From a virus (taxonomy: Duplodnaviria; Caudoviricetes), in IMG/VR virus record IMGVR_UViG_3300035208_001463, positions 32,001 through 96,000 of that record: a DNA stretch of 64,000 nucleotides; one strand, written 5' to 3'. Below, in pieces: positions 44,386 through 53,050 of the stretch. The notes beneath the pieces were generated by a model. The model had not been told where the DNA came from, made no database searches, and saw nothing but the letters and a program-made list of their open reading frames with translations. Position 1 is the first letter of the stretch. Each line of letters begins with the position of its first letter. A program made the position numbers and the translations under genes.

Positions 44386-44907
44386 AATTTATCACCAAGT
44401 TTATCTTTCTCTATACGTTTTGATATAAAACATTTCAAATCTTTTTTATAATATAATTCCTTTCGATATTCATTTATTGGATCTATTATTACGTGAATGT
44501 ATATCGCATTAATAACAATTGCGATCACCATATATAAAATTACACCCATTATTTTTGTTATTTCGTCAATATTAAACAATAAAAACACTTCTAATGGTAT
44601 TAATGCAATTATTCCCCCAATTACTTCAAAGATCCTATGTTTTATTTTATTTATAAGCCAATCGGTGTTAATTTCTTCCATTCATTTACCTTCCAATATC
44701 TTAATCGCCTTCTCCAATTCCACGGCCCTTCTATCCTGACATTCGTTCATGAAATCAAACAACTTTACTTCGTTATCTTCCATCCCTTCCGTTTTAAATT
44801 TCGCCCACGCGCGTTCTAAATAGCACTTTAGAATACGAATAGCATATTTTCCGTCTGGCGTTGCATCAACGTGAAGATCATTTAATGGTCGATCTAATTC
44901 TGGCAGT

Positions 44908-45294
44908 TTAGACATTTAAACACTCCTGTTTTTCTATTTTCTTTGCTAAATAATCGCAGTGGCATCTAGGCCCACTTTCATTAATTTTACACCAACACCC
45001 CAATCTCCTTGCTCCTTTTAATTCATTAATATCAAGAAATCCACCCGTCTTTGTCATCCATAACTCTACTTGTATTGGTGTCAATCCACCAATCTTTAAC
45101 ATATTTCTTACCATTGTTTCGTTGCCCAGTTCGGTTATAGCATCTAAATAATATTCGTATAAATCACATACGCGATCACGCATCCATGTTTCATACATTA
45201 TAAAGGGGTTTCCCCATTTGGTCTCTCGATCCGCGCGAAAATCTCCGGGTTTTCCAAAGTCACGACAATGAAGCATGTTTACTACTTCTATCAT
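44908..45294 (-). CDS. DUF4326-like protein
   Basis: R.TKWGNPF...LGCWC...CHCDYL. Confidence 0.75.
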   Translation of the reverse strand: MIEVVNMLHCRDFGKPGDFRADRETKWGNPFIMYETWMRDRVCDLYEYYLDAITELGNETMVRNMLKIGGLTPIQVELWMTKTGGFLDINELKGARRLGCWCKINESGPRCHCDYLAKKIEKQECLNV

Positions 45295-45896
45295 TTAAAA
45301 ATTATACCTCTCTAATAACATTATCTATATTCCACAACCCATCTTTGTTTACCCATCCCACACCAATAAAAGGGTTGTGCGCTACAGAAACTTCATAAGT
45401 TTTGCCTTCGCGTAGTTTAGCATAATCAATGTTTGATCTAACACGATATGTCGTCTCGGTTTGTGAAATAACAGATAATGGCGATGGTATTTTTTCTTTT
45501 ACTTCGATTGTAATTATCTGATGATCGACCCAAATACAATTTGCTCCGAACACTAATACTATCATAATTATAAGAGAGTATCCTAAATATCCCATGATAT
45601 TACAAAATTGTTCATCTGATAACATTTTAATCAACCATATTTAAAAACATACTCCTTTTTGCTTCTAACAAGAGAGGGATTACTCCTTTCAAGTTTCCTT
45701 TTCTTATTCACAAAGTATAATCGGATGGGGAACAAAATAACTCGTGTAATAAATAAACCAGCAGGAATATAGAAACTTATCATTCCTAATACACATGCTA
45801 TAAATCCAATAATTGTTCCTATAGTCAATCCAACTTCTGGGAACTTCAATCCCCATAAAATATAATTTATATTGTCGTATTGTTTTTTAGTTGTTG

Positions 45897-46517
45897 TCAT
45901 TCCCCACCCTCCCCCTTTACAATCTCCTCAATCACGCTGATCCCAGCATCCAATTCCACCGCGTCGTGCAAATCCCGCTCTCTTTTCTTCTCGCGTATTG
46001 CGTCTTGCACATATTTGGATTCATACAAAGCCTGACCCAACACGCCGCCGGATGCAAATGTCTTTGCCCATTCATCATCAGAATGTAGTGCTTTTATTTT
46101 TTCTTCAAATCCCCCCATATTTACATCTTTTACAGATTCCGGACAATCATTTCTAAATTGACATATCCAATACTGCTCTTGCACATCGTAACCCCATTTC
46201 ACAGCAAGATCCTGCTCATTAATATCAAACAGATGATACCACTTTCCATCTTCTCTTGCAACCCACAAGAAATCAGTGATCTCAAACCATTTTCTCGCTT
46301 CACCAACTGGATCTACCATTTCGCGGTCTGCAATAAGACTAATAAGATCCCGAATGTTGTCAGATACTAATATAACAGTATATTCATCCATCTCTCCGGG
46401 TTTGTATCTAATACGATACTTATAAAGTTTTACAATTTCGGTTTCCATCATATCAATAACCCCTAGCGCGGATCGCAGTAAGCGGAACCATATAACACTC
46501 TTCCTTTCTTGCGTCAT
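45897..46517 (-). CDS. Hypothetical protein
   Basis: 206-aa ORF in a minus-strand operon. Confidence 0.6.
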   Translation of the reverse strand: MTQERKSVIWFRLLRSALGVIDMMETEIVKLYKYRIRYKPGEMDEYTVILVSDNIRDLISLIADREMVDPVGEARKWFEITDFLWVAREDGKWYHLFDINEQDLAVKWGYDVQEQYWICQFRNDCPESVKDVNMGGFEEKIKALHSDDEWAKTFASGGVLGQALYESKYVQDAIREKKRERDLHDAVELDAGISVIEEIVKGEGGE

Positions 46518-46824
46518 TTAAAACAGTGATCACAGCGAAATCCCCATCAATATCTTTTATTTCGGCTGCTTGGTCAAATCTTTGTTTGGGTATCCACATG
46601 GGGCGGTTAGATCCCACTCGCCACCAGACTGCTTGTTTTTTATGAAAATCGGGCATACGTATATTGGTAGGTGTTGTTTGTATTTATAATGTTCGGTTTT
46701 TGCTCACTTTTCCCAACTACATCTCCGGGCGCATAACACCCGCGCTGTCATATTCTATGGTGGAAGGGAATAATAAACACACAAACACAAAACTTTATAT
46801 ATAATGCGATAATAACATTTATAT

Positions 46825-47157
46825 ATGGGATTTTCTGATACTAATAAAGGTAACTCATCTCCTCTGTCAATAGGCACACCGAAGGATAAATACGTTGATT
46901 TTTTCTTTAATCAGTTCGGGTGTTACACTAACATATTGAGGTCGGATGTCAATGAGAAAGAATTGGATCGGGCAACAGCGGCACTTATTGCTATCTGTCC
47001 TGACATTAAGATACGAGAAGATCTGTTCAAAAAATACACGGATAAGAAAAAGGAATCTGGGATAGTAACAGCATCCGCTGGACTAGCCGGTAACTTTATG
47101 TCATATATATCTGACACGCTGGAATTCACAGAAAAGAGTTATGCTTCGGTGTTCTAA
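46825..47157 (+). CDS. Hypothetical protein, first gene of the ATPase operon
   Basis: TATA at ~46795; stop overlaps the ATPase start. Confidence 0.6.
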   Translation: MGFSDTNKGNSSPLSIGTPKDKYVDFFFNQFGCYTNILRSDVNEKELDRATAALIAICPDIKIREDLFKKYTDKKKESGIVTASAGLAGNFMSYISDTLEFTEKSYASVF

Positions 47158-48134
47158 TGGATCTCACCAAACCAATTGTATTAGAAAGTGGAATTGTGGA
47201 TCTGGGATGTTCTAACAGGTCTGCCATAATCAGACTTGCTAATTGGGCACAAGATCTTATTGACAATAAAAAACCAATCCCTAGAAGTCCATTCTGCAAA
47301 TGGGCGGCAGAGCGTGTTGGATCTAAAGATAAACAGGATTTAACTATCTTTATATCAGCTCGTAAAGGCAAAGGCAAATCTTATACAGCACTCTATCTTG
47401 CATCGCGCATTGCAGAAGAAATCGCCTTGTTGCTTGGAGGTAAACCATCAGATTACTTTACTATAGAGAACTGCGCTCTCCTTATGGACTCATCAAAAAT
47501 TACCAATCTGTTGTCAACCAAAGGCAAATATCAGGTTTTAATTATTGATGATGCTGGTGTGGGAGCAAACAACAGGGAATTTTTATCTCGCGGTAATATC
47601 AACTTTAACAAAATTATGATGACGTGCAGAACCAAAAGGTGGATTGTTATATTCACGTCGGTTCTAAAAAGTCACGTTGATTTGAATATTCGTGAAATGA
47701 GTGATATACTTATTAATATCTACAAATCATTTCATGAAGGGGGATTTAATATTTGTAAGGCTAAAAATTCAGATGTTATAGAATTGCCTAATAATAAAAA
47801 TGTGACAATTTCAAAAAGATTATCATTTGATAAAGATAATAAAAAAATTGATTTTTGGGTTTCATTTGCACCCGATAGAAAACTTGCAGAAGAATATGAC
47901 CGTCAAAGAGATATAGCAGCGGATCAAATTTTGCAAGAATCAAATGAACAATTGAATGAAAAGCAAGCGGGGAAAACCGAAACAAAACAGCAAGAATTGT
48001 TCACAAAATATTATGATGATGTAGAAAAACTTTTTAAATCCGAACCAAAAATAAAATCCAGAGAAGTGCTTCGGAGATTCCCGGGATTGACATTAACATA
48101 TTTAGATAAAATGAGAGCACAAGGAGGGTTTTAA
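47157..48134 (+). CDS. P-loop ATPase, candidate genome packaging/morphogenesis ATPase
   Basis: Walker A ARKGKGKS, Walker B LIIDDAG, CRTKR, VD.NIR. Confidence 0.75.
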   Translation: MDLTKPIVLESGIVDLGCSNRSAIIRLANWAQDLIDNKKPIPRSPFCKWAAERVGSKDKQDLTIFISARKGKGKSYTALYLASRIAEEIALLLGGKPSDYFTIENCALLMDSSKITNLLSTKGKYQVLIIDDAGVGANNREFLSRGNINFNKIMMTCRTKRWIVIFTSVLKSHVDLNIREMSDILINIYKSFHEGGFNICKAKNSDVIELPNNKNVTISKRLSFDKDNKKIDFWVSFAPDRKLAEEYDRQRDIAADQILQESNEQLNEKQAGKTETKQQELFTKYYDDVEKLFKSEPKIKSREVLRRFPGLTLTYLDKMRAQGGF

Positions 48135-49206
48135 TGGCAGATGTTGATAAAGAAGCAGAATTGCTAGTAATAAGTGAAAAACTTGTCGAAATACAAAAAG
48201 ATGGAAAAGACCATTCTGTAACAGAGTTTTTTAAAATTCTTGAAAAAATTAAAACACTGATAGATCCAAATTTTATGGCTATACCAGAAGATTTGAAACG
48301 AAGTATCGGAATTGCCACAGTAAGTGCGGTTGCCGCACCGGATCCGGAACAAAGAGTTGATATCGTGAGGGCTGGGTTATCCCTTTTAAGAACTGCTGTT
48401 TTAATGGCAGGAGGGCCGCAAACGCGTTTTTATTTGGAAAAAATTAAAGCACATGAAAATGCAATATCTTCAGAATTGAAAAGAATTGCTCCAGATTCGG
48501 AATCTGAACGTGTTACACTATTTGATACGGTGTGGCGCGCAACATCCTTCCTTGTATTTATGAGTTTTAATGGATATGGAGAAATTAATTCTACTGGGTT
48601 TTCGTGGCCTACAGGTGGTGATTCTAAATGACGATGCGGGATTTATTTAAAAATACCGATGATTATGAAGATGAATACAACAATCAAGAACAGCAGGATC
48701 AACCACAATTAACCGATGGTGGAGAAGGAGAGGAACAACCACAAGAAGGGAGTGTTTTTGATGATGGAACCGGGGTTATTCCGGGGAATGATATGTCTAC
48801 CTCTCCGAGAGATTTTAGATATATTGACAGATTCGTGCGCGTGCGTGGAATGCCATCTCCTGCGCATAACACTAACGAAGAGAGCAATTTTATCCTTGGA
48901 GACTCGTTCGCAGAGCAGCTAGTTTTAAACTTCCTTTCCGATTCCGATCAAAAGAAGATACTTCGCAGTTTATATGATATAGTTGATGAAAGTGAAGGAA
49001 GTGGGAATGCGCGCGTTGCATTAACAGACGCAAAAATACTCGCTGCACGCATTTTGATGAAACGTTCTTCCACAGAAAACGCATTGAATTTAAATGAACG
49101 TTCCAGCCATATATCGACGTTAAACCGGAGTAATATCACCACTAAAACCAATCATATTCAACCATCTAGTAGTGGGGGATGGTTGTCTAGACTGTTTGGG
49201 CATTAA
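48134..49206 (+). CDS. Two hypothetical proteins (48134-48631, 48628-49206)
   Basis: Translationally coupled to the ATPase; the second has an acidic N-terminus and an amphipathic GWLSRLFG tail. Confidence 0.6.
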
Positions 49207-49246
49207 AAATTCTTTTTTCACAAAAATACAAAAATAAACACAAACA

Positions 49247-49254
49247 TATAAATA
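49247..49254 (+). promoter_or_regulatory. TATA box of the Cas7-like operon
   Basis: TATAAATA about 23 nt before ATG 49277 (leaderless spacing). Confidence 0.6.
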
Positions 49255-49276
49255 CTATTAGCGCGTATACTATTAT

Positions 49277-49408
49277 ATGGGAAAAGTAGATGACCCTGTA
49301 ATTCCTGTCTGCCCCATTTGTAAACGGAAAACCATTTATTTCCGCGCAGACGGAACAATTAAGTGTAGAGCGTGTGGATATGATGGCCCTAATAAGGTGA
49401 AAGAATGA
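49277..49408 (+). CDS. 43-aa Zn-ribbon protein (not in ORF track)
   Basis: MGKVDDPVIPVCPICKRKTIYFRADGTIKCRACGYDGPNKVKE; ATGA overlap with the next gene. Confidence 0.7.
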   Translation: MGKVDDPVIPVCPICKRKTIYFRADGTIKCRACGYDGPNKVKE

Positions 49409-49953
49409 CAGAAATTGATGTTAAAATTAAAGGTGTGAAGCCCCTTTTACAGCATTCGACTTATGCAATGACGCTTCCAAAATCGAAGAAAGTTAAATCT
49501 TCGGAACATGATACTGACAAAGAGGCAGAATTATGTTTGTATCTCGATGAGAACAAAAAGATGTGTGTACCGTTTATGCACATTCTCGCTGCAATGCGTA
49601 AGGCTGCAACCAATCTTAAGAAAGGTGGTTCCGGTAAGAAAACACTCAAGGATTTTGTTTATTCCGGATTACAAGTTTCACCCGATCTTATTGAAATTAC
49701 ACCGCAGAAATACGATGTTGATATTCAGATTGTCAAGGTTGGTAATGCTCGTATTCCGCGCGCACGACCGCTATTCAAAAAGTGGGAAATTACATTCAAA
49801 ATCAACATCATTGATGAACAGACATGGGATGCTGGCACCGTTCGGCAGGTGCTTGAAGAAGCAGGCAAATATCAGGGACTTGGAGATTTCCGCCCACTGT
49901 ACGGCACATTTGAAGTTGTTAGTATGAGTGTAAATGGGAAAGAAGTGAAGTAA
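49405..49953 (+). CDS. Stand-alone Cas7/RAMP-like RNA-binding protein
   Basis: N-terminal strand IKGVKPLLQH, VP..HI.AAMR.AA helix, RARP.F..W.I.F.I, C-terminal Gly loop GLGDFRPLYGTFEV; no other cas genes in the window. Confidence 0.75.
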   Translation: MTEIDVKIKGVKPLLQHSTYAMTLPKSKKVKSSEHDTDKEAELCLYLDENKKMCVPFMHILAAMRKAATNLKKGGSGKKTLKDFVYSGLQVSPDLIEITPQKYDVDIQIVKVGNARIPRARPLFKKWEITFKINIIDEQTWDAGTVRQVLEEAGKYQGLGDFRPLYGTFEVVSMSVNGKEVK

Positions 49954-50288
49954 TGCCAACTGGATATCGCACTTGTTTGGAAAAACAAATGTATGGTTAT
50001 CTCACGGAACTTGGATACCAAACGGGTGTTGACTACTATGAACAATACCCATTTGGTTTATACGTTCTAGATTTTGCATTTGTTCAATCTAGAAGCCCAT
50101 TTAGAGGAGTTGATATCGAAACCGACGGAATTCAATGGCATTCTGATTCGAAACAGAAGAAAAGAGACAACTACAGAGACTATAAATTGTTGAAAAGTGG
50201 ATGGATAACAGAACGCTTCGGAGAAACGTTTTCTCTAGAAAATGTGGCAATTGTGCTGAAAAGGCATAATATTAAACCCTCTTTGTGA
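49953..50288 (+). CDS. DUF559/Vsr-like PD-(D/E)xK endonuclease
   Basis: T.LE, EQYPFG.Y.LDFA, IETDG.QWH, RD..RD..L...GW...R. Confidence 0.85.
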   Translation: MPTGYRTCLEKQMYGYLTELGYQTGVDYYEQYPFGLYVLDFAFVQSRSPFRGVDIETDGIQWHSDSKQKKRDNYRDYKLLKSGWITERFGETFSLENVAIVLKRHNIKPSL

Positions 50289-50290
50289 GG

Positions 50291-50578
50291 GGTGTGGTTT
50301 GTTGTGATAGGTTTAAATATGTTCCGATTAGGTTAGTTTCGGTTTGTTATGGTATGGCAAAACCGTCGAAGAGACGGGTATGGTTGGGTTTGTTCAGGTG
50401 CGTTTTGGCGCGGCAAGGCGAGTTTGGGTATGTTTGGTTTCGATGTGGCAAGGTATGGAAAAACCGTCCTTGTGACGGGTATGGTACGGTTCGGTTCGGA
50501 ATGGTTTGTTTCGGCTTGGCGTGGCATGGTGCGACGCGTTGAGTTATGGTATGGTTAAACCCTTCTATGTGAAGGGTT
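50291..50578 (+). ncRNA. Array of three pentamer-coded candidate guide RNAs, each (G[G/T/A]Y-NN)14-17 followed by a hairpin
   Basis: 47 in-phase pentamers: G at position 1 in 46, pyrimidine at position 3 in 45; hairpins CCGTC-N5-GACGG at 50363-50377 and 50464-50478, AACCCTTC-N5-GAAGGGTT at 50558-50578; T-tract 50586-50593. Confidence 0.8.
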
Positions 50579-50591
50579 AAAAATATTTTTT

Positions 50592-51563
50592 TTATTTTAC
50601 CGGAACATGCGACATAAATTTCAATATGAACATTATAACAGAAATTGCCAAGCACGCTATAAAAACAATAACCCCCGCAGTTGTCATTGACATTCCTTTG
50701 TTGTAATCACCGCGCGCTATATTTTCGGCAAGTTGTCTAACAAAACCACCCCAGCTAGCAGAATTTCTTATTCGCGGATAAGAGTTATCTATTCTGATCC
50801 ATTTTATTGTAGTATATAAATCAACACCCCTAGGTACGGGGATCTTTCCTTCATTCATCAACCGCCACGCTTTGCTCAAGGAATGTACTTGATCCGATTC
50901 ATTTGTTTCATTCCACAAATCACATTCCCTTGCTATTGCTGCTCTTTCCGGAGATATCAACCCGGTCCAACCCTTGATGTCCACCAATATGCTCCCCGGG
51001 ATTGACCCAATATTTACCAGCGGTTTCGATTCCCACGACCCTTGTAGAAACTTCGCAAAATCCACAGATTGATCTACCGGTCGCAACCAATTACTAATCG
51101 GGGTTAAAAACGGATATTTGTGTTTAACGAGAGAATTATATCTATCTTTTTCAAATACAAGACACGCTCCTGCTTCAGAGGTTAAAACGAAATTGAGCCT
51201 TTCATCTGTCTTAAACACAACCTCGCTCCGACTATTCATCGCACTCCACAAACCGTGGAATGGGGACATCATCCCCCATTGTAAATGACCCCAATAAGCC
51301 CATGCCAAAAAATATGCTAACGGGACGAGTGGGATGAAAAATACATAAAGTGGTTGACCCCAAAACGAACTATTAAATAACCCACCAAAAAATGGTTGTT
51401 CCACCACATGCCATTTCATTATCGAAAAGACACCAATAACAATTATTATAATGATGATCCCAATAAGAAGAAGTGTTTTTTCTGGTGTAAAAAAACTAAC
51501 TTTTTCAGTATCTTTTAGATTAATTTCCGTATTTATTTCTTCTTCGTCGGTCATTAATATCAC
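50592..51563 (-). CDS. Membrane protein, paralog of 51560-52525
   Basis: N- and C-terminal TM helices; shared A...CD..N and GG....A..IA motifs. Confidence 0.75.
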   Translation of the reverse strand: MILMTDEEEINTEINLKDTEKVSFFTPEKTLLLIGIIIIIIVIGVFSIMKWHVVEQPFFGGLFNSSFWGQPLYVFFIPLVPLAYFLAWAYWGHLQWGMMSPFHGLWSAMNSRSEVVFKTDERLNFVLTSEAGACLVFEKDRYNSLVKHKYPFLTPISNWLRPVDQSVDFAKFLQGSWESKPLVNIGSIPGSILVDIKGWTGLISPERAAIARECDLWNETNESDQVHSLSKAWRLMNEGKIPVPRGVDLYTTIKWIRIDNSYPRIRNSASWGGFVRQLAENIARGDYNKGMSMTTAGVIVFIACLAISVIMFILKFMSHVPVK

Positions 51564-52525
51564 CTACTAGCGAGATAACTCGCCCCGAGACAAATTAATC
51601 CCCCCAAAATCAAAATCATTGCAATTCCATTGCGATCCCAAAATGTCAAATCTGGTATATTATCTGCTGCCAAATCTCTTGCTTTTTTCAATAATATTCC
51701 GCCAAATAATGAAGGAGAACGGTTCTTTGGTGTAAATTTGTCAGAATCATATGGATCATAGAAACAATAACACGGTATTTTTATACCATCGGGCCAAATT
51801 TTTTCTAATATAGGACGTAATTTAACATAATCATCAAAATCACTTATAGAATCAGGAATTAATCCTTCACGCGCGGCAGCGTAAAAATCACACTCCGACC
51901 CATCAAATCTCTGGAATTTAATAAGTTTTGTCTCTTCGGCAGCGCGTTTCATATTTTGCATGTCTCCAAATCGCCCGTGATTAAAATCATCACAAGCTTT
52001 ACAAAGGGCAATGTCAGCAATTGGATCGGAAACTTCGTCGGAGTTATCTTTTATAATTACCGCAGACAAACCCCCCAATCTACCACCAGAAGAAGATGCT
52101 CCCATGTGCCACATATCTGTTTTAAAGAGATCCGAAAAATATAAAATACCTTCCGAATGGTATGTTAACATTCTTATAAACCACTTTCTAGATTTGGTGA
52201 ATACAATAGTCTGTTGGGCGTTTGATCCAGAACCAGCCATTAGTGCATCTTTATACCCATAACACGAAGAAAGGGAACTGCATTTTCTCATCCACCCGAG
52301 ATTATACCAAACAAAATATGCGCCTATAATAAATGCTAATATAGCCCATAATGGGATGGTATTTAACCAAAACAATTGTATTCCGTGGAACGGCGCAATA
52401 TCAAGCACCGGATTCAACACCGGAGCAACCGTAGGTACAGGTGTTGCCGTAGCAACAGGTGTTATCATAACTACTTGTGGCGCTTGTGTAATGTTGGTAA
52501 CGATTACGTTAGAAAGATCGGTCAT
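51560..52525 (-). CDS. Membrane protein with PT-rich N-terminus, paralog of 50592-51563
   Basis: TM helices; motifs shared with the neighbour. Confidence 0.75.
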   Translation of the reverse strand: MTDLSNVIVTNITQAPQVVMITPVATATPVPTVAPVLNPVLDIAPFHGIQLFWLNTIPLWAILAFIIGAYFVWYNLGWMRKCSSLSSCYGYKDALMAGSGSNAQQTIVFTKSRKWFIRMLTYHSEGILYFSDLFKTDMWHMGASSSGGRLGGLSAVIIKDNSDEVSDPIADIALCKACDDFNHGRFGDMQNMKRAAEETKLIKFQRFDGSECDFYAAAREGLIPDSISDFDDYVKLRPILEKIWPDGIKIPCYCFYDPYDSDKFTPKNRSPSLFGGILLKKARDLAADNIPDLTFWDRNGIAMILILGGLICLGASYLASR

Positions 52526-52695
52526 TCTTCACCTCTAGGAATAATAACATAAACAATTTTATTATTATCTAACAAAACTTTTGCCTCTTGTTGCGACTTG
52601 ATATTCAATCTTTTTACAATCCTATGAGGAATACTAACCATAAAAGACGAATCTTTCTGGTGTTGTATAGAAACAGTACTTATAAATTCTTCCAT
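52522..52695 (-). CDS. AbrB/SpoVT-like DNA-binding protein (57 aa, not in ORF track)
   Basis: MEEFISTVSIQHQKDSSFMVSIPHRIVKRLNIK...; ATGA overlap with the next gene. Confidence 0.6.
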   Translation of the reverse strand: MEEFISTVSIQHQKDSSFMVSIPHRIVKRLNIKSQQEAKVLLDNNKIVYVIIPRGEE

Positions 52696-53050
52696 TGAGT
52701 ATTTATAGATATTTTAAAGTATTTATAACTTTGTGTTGGTTTTATAAATACTATGCGTAAGTTTTATATACAATGAAAGAATACATTTAAATAGAGGTAC
52801 TAAAAATGAAGAAGTATCAGGAAACAATGAAGTTGCAGCACAATGAACTCAACAAGCGCGCCAATTCTAAAGGCGCATATATAATAGATGGAGAAAAACT
52901 TATTAGGGAAGATCCAAAAGTCATCCGTATTGATGGTATTCGTGCAAAAAATACTGATACCTTTATGGGAGAAAAAATCTAAACTTTTTTAATAGAAACA
53001 TTTATTAACAATGAATTGTAACACTATATATAATATATGGTGATTAAATT

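Noticed and set aside
50291-50578. Calling the array a CRISPR array or a simple microsatellite
   Set aside because: There are no 25-40-bp direct repeats with contiguous spacers, and positions 4-5 are too diverse and the units too regularly delimited for slippage repeats
50285-50655. ORFs 50285-50542, 50349-50558, 50333-50527 and 50347-50655 over the array
   Set aside because: Their G/F/W/V/R or P/N/T/H composition is a by-product of the 5-nt periodic repeat; period 5 and the hairpins argue for non-coding RNA
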